NCBI GenBank assembly: GCA_945889325.1
Contig: CAMDBH010000006.1
Location: forward strand, 3,975-67,974
DNA: 64,000 nucleotides
Origin: Klebsiella pneumoniae
GTDB lineage: Bacteria > Myxococcota_A > UBA9042
Reading direction: 5' to 3'
Shown: positions 22,428-33,400 of the stretch, piece after piece
How the letters are laid out: the number at the start of each line of letters is the position of its first letter
Position numbering within the stretch: position 1 is the first letter of the stretch
The notes under the pieces: generated by a model
The model's input: only the letters and a program-made list of their open reading frames with translations
The model's database searches: none
What the model was told of the DNA's origin: nothing
Made by a program: the position numbers and the translations under genes

Positions 22428-23888
22428 CTACGGATGTTCGTGACCGTGCGCGCCGTGATCGTGGTCGCCGTGCGCGCAATTTTCATCGTGAACGTGTTCC
22501 ACAATGGACGTGCTTAACCCAAATGCGTCGTCGTCAAAATGGTCGTCCCCTTGGCTGCCCATTTGCGAGGTCGGCTGCGCGGCGTTGCGCGCTTGGGCCA
22601 AACTCAACTCGCCCGCGTCGCTAAATGTCGCCACCGACACCAAATAATCCGTAGCGCCCTTGATGACCTCGCGCCTGCGCAACTCGCCGCGGCCGGCTTC
22701 GGAGCCGTAATGCCGCAAGATATCAGCGCGCCGCGCGCCCGGCTGTTGCAAAAGAGCGTCCAGCGCCGTTTGCACCTGCTCGTCGCTAATCGTGATCTCC
22801 TGGACTTTGGCAATCGTTTCCAAGGCCATGCTGCGCTGAAAGGCGCGCGTGCCATCGCGGGCGATGTCTTTGCGCAATCTTTGCACAATGCTTTCAAGGC
22901 CGCGCAGCATCTTCGGATCGAGGTTGCCAAACGTCTGCTGCATCTGACTGTCGACATATTCGCGCAAAATCGCTTGCGGCACCTCAATGGGATTGGCGGC
23001 CAGCAAGTGCGCGATCACCGCTTTTTCACGTAGATCCGTTGTCAGTTCCACCGCTTCTATTTCGGCTTCGGCCGCCACCGCCGCACGCCACGTCGCCAAA
23101 TCGGTATGGCCAAAATCTTTGGCCAATTCATCATCGAGCACCGGCACGTCCAGACGCTGTAGTTCTTCAATACTGACTGAGAACTTCATGTTGCGCGCGC
23201 CGCTTTTGTAAAACACGTCGTCGTCGGTCAATTCAACTTCGCGCTGCAGCGTTTCGCCGGCATTGTGCCCGAGGACGGCTGCGTCAATTTGTTGCGGCAC
23301 CTGGCCATCGCCCAAGGTAAAAGACTTGTCTTCCGCGGTGATAGGGCCTGCAACGCTGGTGTCGCCGTCCAGTTCAATCGCATAGTTGACCCGCGCCTGA
23401 TCGCCTGGCTGCGCGCCATCGCTCACCGGCGCCAACTCCGCGCGATCGCGGCATTTCTTTTCCAAACGCTCGGCGATGTCCGCTTCTTGGACTTTAACAC
23501 TGCTCACGGCAATTTCAGCGCCGACGTAGCCGGAAAGATTCAGTTCAGGTAGCACGTCGAAAATACAGGTCACGTGAAACGCCGCATCGCGCGCCAAATC
23601 GCCAAAGCTTTCCACTTCCGGCCTGCCGACCGCGCGCAGCTCTGCCTGATCGATTGCCTTGAAGACATTGTCTTTTAGGAGCTTATCCAGCACCGCGCGG
23701 CGAATTTCCGTGCCGTGCATGCGCTCGATCATCTGCGCCGGCGCTTTGCCCGGGCGAAAGCCGGGCACCCGCACTTTGGCGGCATAACGCTGGGTTACGT
23801 TGTGAAAAGCCGCGGTTACCTGCGCTCCCGGCACGGTAAATTGCAAGCGGCGTCGCACGCTGCTGAGATTTTCAACCTTGATTTCCAT
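22428..23888 (-). CDS. tig: Trigger factor with His-rich C-terminal tail
   Basis: VPGFRPGKAP signature; upstream of clpP; GGAG RBS before ATG 23888. Confidence 0.9.
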   Translation of the reverse strand: MEIKVENLSSVRRRLQFTVPGAQVTAAFHNVTQRYAAKVRVPGFRPGKAPAQMIERMHGTEIRRAVLDKLLKDNVFKAIDQAELRAVGRPEVESFGDLARDAAFHVTCIFDVLPELNLSGYVGAEIAVSSVKVQEADIAERLEKKCRDRAELAPVSDGAQPGDQARVNYAIELDGDTSVAGPITAEDKSFTLGDGQVPQQIDAAVLGHNAGETLQREVELTDDDVFYKSGARNMKFSVSIEELQRLDVPVLDDELAKDFGHTDLATWRAAVAAEAEIEAVELTTDLREKAVIAHLLAANPIEVPQAILREYVDSQMQQTFGNLDPKMLRGLESIVQRLRKDIARDGTRAFQRSMALETIAKVQEITISDEQVQTALDALLQQPGARRADILRHYGSEAGRGELRRREVIKGATDYLVSVATFSDAGELSLAQARNAAQPTSQMGSQGDDHFDDDAFGLSTSIVEHVHDENCAHGDHDHGAHGHEHP

Positions 23889-23993
23889 GATTTTCTCCAC
23901 AATGGCCGACGCGCGCAGCTGTGCGCGGTGGCTAATTTTGCGCTATTGGGTTGGATTGGACCGGCCGATCGGCGGAAAAACCAACACTTCCGG

Positions 23994-24074
23994 TGCGAGA
24001 AGGGGGACTTGAACCCCCACGCCGTTAGGCGCCAGAACCTAAATCTGGTGCGTCTACCATTTCGCCATTCTCGC
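23994..24074 (-). tRNA. tRNA-Leu (TAG)
   Basis: GCGAGAATGGCGAAATGGTAGACGCACCAGATTTAGGTTCTGG...GGGTTCAAGTCCCCCTTCTCGCA; long variable arm. Confidence 0.97.
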
Positions 24075-24152
24075 GTTTGTTTGCAACGGGCTGTAAATAT
24101 GTACCTTTAATTTTTTTGCGCCCGCCTTTCAAAAAATCTTAGGCAGATACGC

Positions 24153-24184
24153 AAAAGCCCGCCCGCCTATTAGCGGAGCGGGCC
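24153..24184 (-). terminator. Intrinsic terminator-like hairpin downstream of tRNA-Lys
   Basis: Minus strand GCCCGCTCCGC-TAATAG-GCGGGCGGGC followed by TTTT. Confidence 0.6.
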
Positions 24185-24210
24185 CCAAAACAATGCGCAA
24201 TCGCCACGGG

Positions 24211-24283
24211 TGACCCCTGATGGAATCGAACCATCAACCTCCGGATTAAGAGTCCGCTGCTCTACCAATTGAGCTAAGGGGCC
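24211..24283 (-). tRNA. tRNA-Lys (CTT)
   Basis: GGCCCCTTAGCTCAATTGGTAGAGCAGCGGACTCTTAATCCG...GGTTCGATTCCATCAGGGGTCA. Confidence 0.97.
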
Positions 24284-24407
24284 GTTTATATATCATTTAT
24301 TGCGCAGCCGACCGCGGGCCTCGCGCGCAGCGAGGGCGGAAAGCCGGCTTTGCACACCGCGAATAGTCCGTGGCGCAATTTTCCTCGTAAGTGCGCAATA
24401 TTCTGGG

Positions 24408-24481
24408 CGCGCCCGGCAGGATTCGAACCTGCGACCTGCGGGTTCGAAGCCCGATGCTCTATCCAGCTGAGCTACAGGCGC
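24408..24481 (-). tRNA. tRNA-Arg (TCG)
   Basis: GCGCCTGTAGCTCAGCTGGATAGAGCATCGGGCTTCGAACCCG...GGTTCGAATCCTGCCGGGCGCG. Confidence 0.97.
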
Positions 24482-24559
24482 GTCGCCCTTCACGTGCGAT
24501 CACAGTAATCTGCAACCTTAACTAACCGTTTCCGCGCAGGAATTGGTTGTGATTTGCGG

Positions 24560-24633
24560 GGTGGAAGATGGGGCTTGAACCCACGACATCGGGTACCACA
24601 AACCCGCGCTCTACCAACTGAGCTACGTCCACC
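24560..24633 (-). tRNA. tRNA-His (GTG) with genomically encoded G-1
   Basis: GGTGGACGTAGCTCAGTTGGTAGAGCGCGGGTTTGTGGTACCCG...GGTTCAAGCCCCATCTTCCACC; G-1:C73 pair. Confidence 0.95.
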
Positions 24634-24646
24634 GTGGCCGCGCGGT

Positions 24647-24674
24647 ATGTTAGTCGCGGCGGCTTCATTGTCAA
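24647..24674 (-). promoter_or_regulatory. Sigma70 stable-RNA promoter for the tRNA cluster
   Basis: TTGACA-N16-TAACAT followed by a GC-rich discriminator just upstream of tRNA-His. Confidence 0.75.
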
Positions 24675-24774
24675 GCCTAACCGGACAGCGCGCGGTAGAC
24701 GCTGGACAAATGGCGTGGGCGAATTATTTTTGCAAGGCGGGCCGAATTTTTGCAATAAAAGATCGGCGCGCGGC

Positions 24775-24799
24775 GGAATAGAAATTCCGCTCAAGCGTT
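24775..24799 (+). promoter_or_regulatory. Candidate ECF (SigH/SigR-like) autoregulatory promoter
   Basis: GGAAT-N17-GTT, 55 bp upstream of the sigma start; one base shorter than the SigR consensus GGAAT-N18-GTT. Confidence 0.4.
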
Positions 24800-24854
24800 G
24801 ATGCATCTGTGGCGCATCTTCGATCCCAAGTCGCAGCCACACGGAGGACCTGAA

Positions 24855-25511
24855 ATGTTAAGCCTGTTTTCATCACAACGCCGCGAACGCGACGCCTTTG
24901 AACGCGAAGCACTGCCTCATCTCGACGCGCTGCACAGTTACGCACTGCATCTGTGCCGCGACGGTGCGGATGCGGAAGATTTGGTGCAGGAAACGTACAT
25001 CAAAGCCCTGAACAATTTTAAGTCTTATGAGCAGGGCACCAATTGTCGTGCCTGGCTGTTCCGCATTTTGACCAACACGTTTTTCAATTTGCGCCGCAGC
25101 CGCAAGCGGCACAATCCAATAGATACAGACAGTTCGCCGGAATTGGAGTTGCAGGTGGCCGAGGCCAGCAACGAACAAGGCATCTATCGGCCGATTGACG
25201 TGCAATTGCTGGACAATTTGGTGTCCAAGCACGTCACCGATGCGCTGGACGCCCTGCCACCGGAATTTCGCACGGTGTTGCTGCTGGCCGATCTGCACGA
25301 TTTTTCCTACAAGGAAATCGCCGATGTCGTCGAATGTCCGGTCGGCACGGTGATGAGCCGCCTGTATCGGGCGCGCAAAGCCATGCAAAAAGCTTTGATG
25401 GATCATGCAGTTCGCGAAGGAATTATCGAACGTCCACAAGTAGACGACAACGGTGTTGCCTCGTTGGACGCTTTTCGCATGCGCGCCAAGCGCGCCGTCG
25501 GCGCGAACTGA
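24855..25511 (+). CDS. ECF sigma-70 factor (SigH/SigR/RpoE-like)
   Basis: [10 protein letters not shown]...[14 protein letters not shown]; FSYKEIA...[12 protein letters not shown]; GGAGG RBS before ATG 24855. Confidence 0.92.
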   Translation: MLSLFSSQRRERDAFEREALPHLDALHSYALHLCRDGADAEDLVQETYIKALNNFKSYEQGTNCRAWLFRILTNTFFNLRRSRKRHNPIDTDSSPELELQVAEASNEQGIYRPIDVQLLDNLVSKHVTDALDALPPEFRTVLLLADLHDFSYKEIADVVECPVGTVMSRLYRARKAMQKALMDHAVREGIIERPQVDDNGVASLDAFRMRAKRAVGAN

Positions 25512-25647
25512 GCGTACATTGCTGAAATTGTTGCAATTATATTTGTGATCGCGGCGATTTCTGCCAAGGTTGTCCTGAAAAAGCTTGGGTTGTTCGGGCT
25601 ATGGTTCTGATGAAATTTCTGATGACGTTGAGCCACGGGGTCTGCCG

Positions 25648-26742
25648 ATGAATTGCAACGAGATCAACAAATTCTCGTTCACCTACTTGGACGGTGAATT
25701 CGAAGCGCGCGAGCGCGGCGAATTTGAAACGCATTTGCGCCTTTGTCCGCAATGCCGTTGCGCCGTGCAGCACGACGCGATGTTTCGCGATGTCGTGCGC
25801 GACCACTTGGATATGCCTGCGCCCGCAGGTGAATTGCGCAATCGTCTGCGCGAACGTTTGGATTGTGCGCAGCGCAGTCAGGTTTCGCGGCACATCGCCG
25901 TGCCGATGGCGATCGCAGCGAGTTTGGCTGTCGTTGTTGTGGTTTGGCGCGTCGTTCCCGATGGCGATTCGGGCGTTTCGCCGCGCAACAGCGCGGCGGC
26001 TGGACGCACGCCAACCCCAGGTCTGCCGCCGCTCGCCGTCGCCGGCGGCGCGCCCAATAGGTTCGCGCTGGCCAAGATCGCACCCGCCAAGCCGTCTGGC
26101 CAAGCCTTTGCCAGCGCACAACTGCCTTCGGGCAACCGCGCGGTCGTCAACAATGTGGCCTATCCGAGCGTCGCCGGCTATGCCAACAACGTCGCGTACG
26201 CCAACGGCGGAAATAGTCCTGAAATGACAGGTGAAGTGCTGCGCGGCCGCCTGCCGTCGTCGGCGCTGGTGCAGCGCAGCCCGTTTGGCGCTGTGCGTTC
26301 AGAAGAAAGCCTGCGCGCGATGGTTCGCGTGCACATGGCCAATTTGCCTCCGGAAGTCGTGGGTCCAGCGCTGCGCATTCAGCGTTATTTGGCCACGCGG
26401 GTGCCGGGCATCGGTCCTTTGCCTTTGACGGAAGGGGCTGGCATTGAATTGGTCGGCGCGCGTTTGGCGATGATCGGCTCGCAGACCGCGGTGATCTATT
26501 CGTACCGCGCTTGGGGCAGTGCGCTCACGGTGTTTAGCCGCGCCAAAGCCAGCGGTGATGCCGATGATCCGGAAGTCGAAGTGGCCGATCCGATGGTGCG
26601 CGGCGAGCCGGGGATGTTGCTCGATCGCCGCGCGGGTCTGCACATGTTGCACGTGGTGTCGCGCGATCGCGTGCTGACGTTGGTGAGCGAACTGAGCGCT
26701 CAGCCGCTGATGCAGTTGATGCCTAGCAGCGTCTTTCTCTAA
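25648..26742 (+). CDS. Zinc-binding (zf-HC2/ZAS) anti-sigma factor with TM segment
   Basis: YLDGE...FETHLRLCPQC (HxxxCxxC), then TM MAIAASLAVVVVVW; directly downstream of the sigma gene. Confidence 0.85.
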   Translation: MNCNEINKFSFTYLDGEFEARERGEFETHLRLCPQCRCAVQHDAMFRDVVRDHLDMPAPAGELRNRLRERLDCAQRSQVSRHIAVPMAIAASLAVVVVVWRVVPDGDSGVSPRNSAAAGRTPTPGLPPLAVAGGAPNRFALAKIAPAKPSGQAFASAQLPSGNRAVVNNVAYPSVAGYANNVAYANGGNSPEMTGEVLRGRLPSSALVQRSPFGAVRSEESLRAMVRVHMANLPPEVVGPALRIQRYLATRVPGIGPLPLTEGAGIELVGARLAMIGSQTAVIYSYRAWGSALTVFSRAKASGDADDPEVEVADPMVRGEPGMLLDRRAGLHMLHVVSRDRVLTLVSELSAQPLMQLMPSSVFL

Positions 26743-26746
26743 AATA

Positions 26747-27847
26747 TTATGGGTTTGATGCTTGTAGCGAAGCTTCGGCAGTTGCCGGTGCGGCGCGGAG
26801 TTCGGCGTTGATCGCCCGCAGGAACGGCGCGGCGATGAACAAGCGCACCACGATATACGCGAAAATAAACGCCAGTGAATACGCATCGATAACCGGTGAC
26901 GGCGCCCGACCATCGACAACAAATGGCGCGTACAGCCAGCGCATCGGCACTTGCGTGGTGCCGACCCCCGACACACTCAGCGGCAATGTGCCGATCACCG
27001 TCAAAATCGGCATCGCAACTAGCATTCTGCGCCATTCCGGCTGCATGCCAAACGTCCGCATGACGGCGACCGCGGCCACGGTGTACATCAGCATCAAACC
27101 CATGCGCAGCAGCACGCCCACGATCATCGCGCTGGGCCGCAGCGACGCCAAAGGCCGAAGCACTGAAATGCCGCGCAATCGCACAAGAAACGGCCAATTC
27201 CATTTGGATTGCAGCAGTGCAAGGCACAACAAAGCGACACAAAAAATACCGGTGACCAAAATTTGCACCGTCTGCTGCAGCGATTGATTGCCGCCAAGCA
27301 CGTCAGGAGCGAGCAGCAGGCCCGCAACGCACATCGAGGCCACCGACACCAGATCGAGGTAGCTGAGCACGGCAAGCGCACCTGCAGCTTCTAGAAACGG
27401 CACCTGTTTGCGCCGCCCTACAAGCACCGCCATGCCCAAAGCGGCGGCGTGGTAGTTGAGCATGTTCAGCACATAACTGGCTGCTTTCAAAGGTAGAACC
27501 TGTTTGAGCGTGATGTTTTGCTGGGTGCCGCGATGCCCCAACGTCACGCCGATCAGCCACACCAGGCAATAGCTGTCGTACAGCCAAACAACCAAGGAAA
27601 CGGCGAGAATGACGCCAATAAAGGCAATAAAATTAGCGTGCTGCAACGCGTCGTGTACTTTGGCCAAATCCGTTGAGCGCAAAAAATACCCGATGAGCAG
27701 CACCGCCCCGACAAACGGCAAGAACTGGCGCACGCGGCTTTTCAGCGCGGTTTTAGGCGGATTTTGTGGCGGCTGTGACACTTGACGGCTCTTTGGCTGG
27801 CGCGCGACAAGGCAAATGCGGCGCAAAATAATGCACCAACCTAGCAC
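26747..27847 (-). CDS. Lysylphosphatidylglycerol synthase TM / UPF0104 flippase-like membrane protein
   Basis: Multiple TM helices; motif IGTLPLSVSGVGTTQ. Start uncertain. Confidence 0.7.
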   Translation of the reverse strand: MLGWCIILRRICLVARQPKSRQVSQPPQNPPKTALKSRVRQFLPFVGAVLLIGYFLRSTDLAKVHDALQHANFIAFIGVILAVSLVVWLYDSYCLVWLIGVTLGHRGTQQNITLKQVLPLKAASYVLNMLNYHAAALGMAVLVGRRKQVPFLEAAGALAVLSYLDLVSVASMCVAGLLLAPDVLGGNQSLQQTVQILVTGIFCVALLCLALLQSKWNWPFLVRLRGISVLRPLASLRPSAMIVGVLLRMGLMLMYTVAAVAVMRTFGMQPEWRRMLVAMPILTVIGTLPLSVSGVGTTQVPMRWLYAPFVVDGRAPSPVIDAYSLAFIFAYIVVRLFIAAPFLRAINAELRAAPATAEASLQASNP

Positions 27848-29197
27848 GTGATGACATCAGCGCCAAACCAACCGCAAATTGTATCACCGAAATCAGCAGA
27901 TCCGCGTCTGCGGGCCTGGCAAGCGCTGATCGAAATGGAAACGACCGGCACCGGAACGCAAGCGGCGCTGCGCCAAGTGCTGGATGAATCGCCGGCGCTG
28001 CAAGGGCCCGATCGCGGGCTAACTAGTCAAATCGTTTACGGTGTGCAGCGCAAACGCCGACCGTTGGACCACTGGCTGGAGGCCAGCTGCCAAAAAGGCA
28101 TTTACCGCATGGAATGGCGGGTGCTTTGCGCGCTGCGCGTGGGGGCCTATCAGCTCGCGTATATGCAAGTGCCTGTTTTTGCAGCCGTTCATGCGACGAT
28201 CGAGGCGTGCAAGCCGGTGCTCAACCACGGCCAAATCGGCTTTGTGCACGCCGTACTGCGCGCGCTGGCGCGGCGGGTGGATTGCGCGGATTGGCCGCAG
28301 CAAGACGATTTGCCGCCGTGGATTGCCCACAGACTGACGCAGTTTTCTCAGCAAGTTCACGGTGATCCGACGCAGATGCGCCAGGCTTTCGGGCAACACG
28401 CGCCTTTGCATGTGCGGATTTTTGCGCAGGACGAGGCGCAAGTCTTGCAAACCCTTGCTGAAGACGGCGTCGCTGTGCTGCCGACCACAATTCCCCATGT
28501 ATTTCAAAGCGATGGTTCGGCTTTGTACCGCAGTCGCGCCTTTGCCGCCCGCCAAGTGCTGCCGCAAGATGCGGCCAGTGCGGCCGTTGTCGCGTGGCTG
28601 GATGCCCAGCCAGGCGAGCAAGTGCTTGATTTGGCAGCTGGTCGTGGCGTCAAGTCTCTCGGTTTGGCCAGTAGCGGTGCCGCTGTGACGGCGGTCGATC
28701 TGCATCCTGACAAGCTCATCGCGGCGCAAAACTTATGCGATCAGGCGGGTTTTCCACTGCTGGCCGCGTTAGTTGCCGATACGACGCAGCCGATCGCGCT
28801 GCCGCACGCGCATTTCGATCGCGTGTTGCTCGATGCGCCGTGCAGCGGCTTGGGCACTTTGAGGAGGCGTCCGGAGATTCGCCATCGCCGTCAGGCAGTT
28901 GACTTGGTTCGCATGGCCCAGTTGCAAATGGCGATGCTGCGACAAGCCGCGCCATTGGTGAAACAGGGCGGCGTGCTGATTTTTGCCACCTGTTCGTTTG
29001 CGATCGAAGAGGGACCGCTGGTGATCGCAGATTTCCTGCGCGATCATGCCGAGTTCAAGCGCAGTGATTTTCAGCCTTCTTGGATCGGCCCGCTTTTGGA
29101 CGATCACGGCGATCTGCGATCGCATCCGCTGCAGGACTTGGGCCCGATGATCACGGGCGCAGACGCTTTTTATGCGGCGAGACTTCAGCGGCAATAG
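27848..29197 (+). CDS. rsmB: 16S rRNA m5C967 methyltransferase (Sun/Fmu) with NusB-like N-domain
   Basis: LRVGAYQLAYM, VLDLAAGRGVKS, DRVLLDAPCSGLGTLRRRPE, ATCS. Confidence 0.85.
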   Translation: MMTSAPNQPQIVSPKSADPRLRAWQALIEMETTGTGTQAALRQVLDESPALQGPDRGLTSQIVYGVQRKRRPLDHWLEASCQKGIYRMEWRVLCALRVGAYQLAYMQVPVFAAVHATIEACKPVLNHGQIGFVHAVLRALARRVDCADWPQQDDLPPWIAHRLTQFSQQVHGDPTQMRQAFGQHAPLHVRIFAQDEAQVLQTLAEDGVAVLPTTIPHVFQSDGSALYRSRAFAARQVLPQDAASAAVVAWLDAQPGEQVLDLAAGRGVKSLGLASSGAAVTAVDLHPDKLIAAQNLCDQAGFPLLAALVADTTQPIALPHAHFDRVLLDAPCSGLGTLRRRPEIRHRRQAVDLVRMAQLQMAMLRQAAPLVKQGGVLIFATCSFAIEEGPLVIADFLRDHAEFKRSDFQPSWIGPLLDDHGDLRSHPLQDLGPMITGADAFYAARLQRQ

Positions 29198-29359
29198 CGA
29201 GCTTAAACACATAATATTGCATAGTTGAGCAAAATTGCCTGCGGTGGTCAAAAAGAATTCGCCACCACAGCAAAATTATTTTGCATTTTAGGCGAGGCAA
29301 AACTCGGCGACCTGCCGACAACTCCTGCACGCGCATCCACCACCGCGCCGGAGTTCGCT

Positions 29360-30379
29360 ATGCAAAATGAATTTATTTGGGCCCAAACCTCACCGGAAAA
29401 TACCCTGCTTCTGCGCCGCGGGTCGCGCGATGCGCCGCTGTTTTGCCGCGGAACTGTGCCAAATTTATCGGCAATGCGCATTGCCATTGTCGGATCGAGA
29501 AATGCCACTGAGGCCCAACTGGCCTTGGCCGAAGATCTGGCCGAGGCGTTGGCGAGCCGCGGCGCGATCATCGTCAGCGGGGGAGCGCGCGGCATCGACG
29601 CGGCCGCCTTGCAAGGCGCGCTTTTGACCGATGGGCGCGCGATTGCCGTGCTGCCTAGTGACTTGAACAACCCAATTCCGGCGCAAAATCGAGACCTTTT
29701 CGATCGAATCGTTCGCGGCGGTGGCCTGCTGCTGACCGCGGTTGCTGAACGCGCTGAGCGCGCACCACCGCAATTCCTGCCACGCAACCGCTTGATTACA
29801 CAGATTGTGGATGGCGTGATCGCGGTTTGCGCAGACGACCCGAGTGGAACGCGCCATTGCGTGATGCAAGCCGCGCGCCTTGGCGTGCCGATCGCCGCGG
29901 CGCGATGGCCGGAGGGGTCCGCTAATTCGCGGGGAACCCTTGCTTTTTTGACCGCTGGGTCTTTTGAGATCGGCGACGCGGCAATGGCAAATGCGTGGCT
30001 GGACGCCCTAAAAAGCCGCGCGGCGCCCTTGCTCGAACTGCCCGCGCCCGCGTCGGACCGTCGCTGCCCCAAGTCCGCGCGCAAGCAGCAATCGGCGCCC
30101 AACTTGCCGCTCAAGATTGACGCGGCGGCCGCGGGTTCGCAATGCTACGCGCCCCAAGGCGACGCGCAGTTGCAGTTGCCTGAGGGCTGTGACGGTGAGT
30201 TTGCTTCTCAAATCATGGCGATTTTGCGCGAGAGTGCGGATGTTGCTCTGGGTTTGGAAGAACTGGTCGTGGCAACCAAGCGTTCGCGCAGCGACGTGGC
30301 GACTTTGGCGCTGCATTTGGCGATCGCAAATTTGATAGTACGCGATGCGTGCGGCGGCTACGCGCTGCGGCGGATTTAG
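29360..30379 (+). CDS. dprA: DNA-processing protein DprA/Smf
   Basis: IAIVGSRNAT, VSGGARGIDAAA, FLPRNRLI, C-terminal winged helix; immediately upstream of topA. Confidence 0.85.
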   Translation: MQNEFIWAQTSPENTLLLRRGSRDAPLFCRGTVPNLSAMRIAIVGSRNATEAQLALAEDLAEALASRGAIIVSGGARGIDAAALQGALLTDGRAIAVLPSDLNNPIPAQNRDLFDRIVRGGGLLLTAVAERAERAPPQFLPRNRLITQIVDGVIAVCADDPSGTRHCVMQAARLGVPIAAARWPEGSANSRGTLAFLTAGSFEIGDAAMANAWLDALKSRAAPLLELPAPASDRRCPKSARKQQSAPNLPLKIDAAAAGSQCYAPQGDAQLQLPEGCDGEFASQIMAILRESADVALGLEELVVATKRSRSDVATLALHLAIANLIVRDACGGYALRRI

Positions 30380-30412
30380 CCGCATAACCCAAGACATCGC
30401 AAGGGAAAGTAT

Positions 30413-33400
30413 ATGGCACGCGCGAGTTTGAAAACGGCACATGGCGCATCGTTGGTGATCGTCGAATCGCCGACCAAAGCCAATACCATCCGCAAATACT
30501 TGGGCGATGAGTTTATCGTCGAAGCCAGCGTCGGTCACATCCGCGATCTTGTGACGAAAAAGACCGATCTGGCTGCGGGCGATGCGTTGCGCGATAAATC
30601 GTGGGTGCATTACGGCGTCAATATTGACAATGATTTTGAACCCTTGGAAGAAATCTACTTGGTGCCCGCGGACAAGAAACGCCAAGTCGATGCGCTGAAG
30701 TCCGCGCTGGCCAAATGCGATGCGCTGTATCTGGCAACCGACGATGATCGCGAAGGTGAGGCAATTAGTTGGCATTTGCTGCAAGTGCTCAAGCCCAAAG
30801 TGCCGATCAAGCGCTTGGTGTTTCATGAAATTACCAAGGAAGCGATCGCCGAGGCGCTCAACCACACGCGACAAGTGGATGAAAGTCTTGTCATTGCCCA
30901 GCGCACCCGCCGAGTAGTCGATCGCTTGTTCGGCTGGGACGTCAGTGAAGTGCTATGGCGCAAGATCAAGCCGGGTCTGTCGGCGGGTCGCGTGCAATCC
31001 GTGGCATTGCGCCTGCTTACGCAGCGCGAACGCGAACGCATGGCTTTTGTGTCGTCGAATTTTTGGGACATCGACGCGCGTTTTGCCAAGGACGCTGAGC
31101 CGTTTGAGGCCAGCTTGTTTCGTCTCGGCGCGCAACGCATTGCCAGCGGTAAGGATTTTGACGACACGACCGGCAAACTCGTCAACCACGACGTGCTGCT
31201 GCTGACGGAAAAAACCGCCAAAGCGGCCTGTGAGCGCCTAGGCAATCGGCAAGCCAAGATCATCAAAATTGAAGTTAAACCCCAAAGCATGCGCCCGCAT
31301 CCGCCGTTTACCACCTCGACATTGCAGCAAGAAGCCAACCGCAAGCTGCGCTTTTCAGCCAAACAAACGATGCAAGTAGCTCAAAAGCTTTATGAAAATG
31401 GCTTTATCACCTACATGCGTACCGATTCCGTCCAGTTGTCGGATCAAGCCCTGACTGCCGCGAGGACACTGATCGAAGCGCAATACGGCAAGACCTATTT
31501 GCCAACGGCACCAAGGCGTTACCAGACAAAGACAGCCAACGCCCAAGAAGCGCATGAAGCCATTCGACCCGCCGGCACCAGTTTTCCGCCCCAAGCTGAA
31601 GTCGAGCGGTCTTTGGGGCGCGATGCGGAGCGCCTGTACGATCTGATTTGGAAACGCACAGTTGCCAGTCAGATGCTCGATGCGCAAGTGGAGCAGACCG
31701 CGGTCGATATCGCGGTGGACGACGCGATTTTTCGCGCCAACGGCCGCACCACGCGTTTTGCTGGCTACCTAAAGGCCTACGTGGAGGGTTCCGACGACCC
31801 AGAAGCGGCGCTGGGCGATCGCGATAAAGTGCTGCCAATCATGCAGGTTGGCGATGTGTTGCACTGGGGTGCGCCGCCGTTGGACGCCAAGGGTCACGAC
31901 ACCAAGCCGCCTGCGCGTTTGACCGACGCTTCGCTCATCAAAGCGTTGGAGGAACGCGGCATTGGTCGGCCATCGACCTACGCGGCGATTTTGCAGAATT
32001 TGCTCGACAAGGAGTACGCCTTTCGCCGCGGCGCGGCAGCATTGGTTCCTACTTTCATGGGCATGGCCGTCATTCAGATGCTTGAACAGCATATGCCGCA
32101 TTTGGTCGATTACAATTTTACGGCCGACATGGAAGCGCGTCTGGATGCGATCGCCCGCGGCGAGGAACAAAGCGGGCAATATCTAAGAAATTTTTACAAT
32201 GATGGCTTTCCCGCGTCGGGCAACCAAGCCGCTGTCCAAGGCCTGACCGAGGTCATTTCGAGCGTGCGCGACCGCATCGATCCGGTAAGCGCCAGTTCAG
32301 TGCCAATCGGTGCCAACGACGGCGAGCCCGTTGTGGTGCGCATTGGCCGCTACGGCACTTTTGTCAAAAACGGTGAGCGGACGGCCAACGTGCCCGACGA
32401 CTTGGCTCCCGATGAAATGACGGTGGCCAAAGCGCTGGAACTGATCGATGCCAAAGCCAAAGGCGATGCGCCGATGGGCAGCGACCCCAAGACGGGAGAG
32501 CCCGTTTTTTTGCGCAACGGCCGTTTTGGTTGGTATTTGCAGCGCGGTGCGGCGAGCAAAGATGAAAAGGCCGACAAGCCGAAAATGGTCAGCCTTTCCA
32601 AAGGCATGAAGCCCGAACTGGTGACGATGGACTTGGCGCTGCAACAGTTGGCGCTGCCGCGGACTTTGGGCAAGGATCCCAAGTCGAATCAAGCCATTGT
32701 CGTGACAGTCGGTCGTTACGGCGATTACCTAAAATGCGGCGAGGACACGCGCACGTTGGCCGCAGGCAGCCTCGCGATCACGCTCACGCTGGAGCAAGCG
32801 CTGGCGACGTTGGCTAAGCCTAAGGGAACGCAAGGAAAAGAACACGTCCGCGACCTCGGCGTGCGCGCGCGCGACGGCAAAACGCTGTCGCTGTGGACTG
32901 GGCGCTACGGTATTTATGTGACCGACGGCGAAGTCAATAAAACCTTGGGCGATTTGCTGGATCCGGACGCGCTGACCGTGGAAAAAGCCGATGCCATGCT
33001 GATGGCCGCGCTCGAAGCGAAGACTGGCAAGGTTCTGGGCAAGAATCCAGCCAATGATCAGCCTGTTCGCTTGATCGATGGCCGCTTTGGCCCGTACTTG
33101 ACCGACGGTATTACCAATGCGTCGCTGGCCCGCGGCGCCGATCAAGCTGAAATGACGCTGGAAGAAGCGCTGGACCGGCTAAAACACTTTGGCAAGCCGG
33201 CCAAGGGCAAGAAGACGGCACGCAAGTCCGCAGGGGCCAAGGCAAAAACCGTAGCTGCGCCAAAAGCGGACAAGAAAGTCGCAGCGGAAAAACCAGCGGC
33301 CACGAGGCCGACGATCGCAAAAGCCAAAGCCAAGCCAAAACCGCCGCCGCCTAAACCGGTTGAAAGCGGTGTGATGTCAGCGCGCAAGGCCGCCAGGCAG

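Noticed and set aside
24211-24633. Stem mismatches in tRNA-Lys (27:43), tRNA-Arg (27:43) and tRNA-His (6:67), and the UCG anticodon
   Set aside because: Single mismatches and tRNA-Arg(UCG) are within normal bacterial variation.
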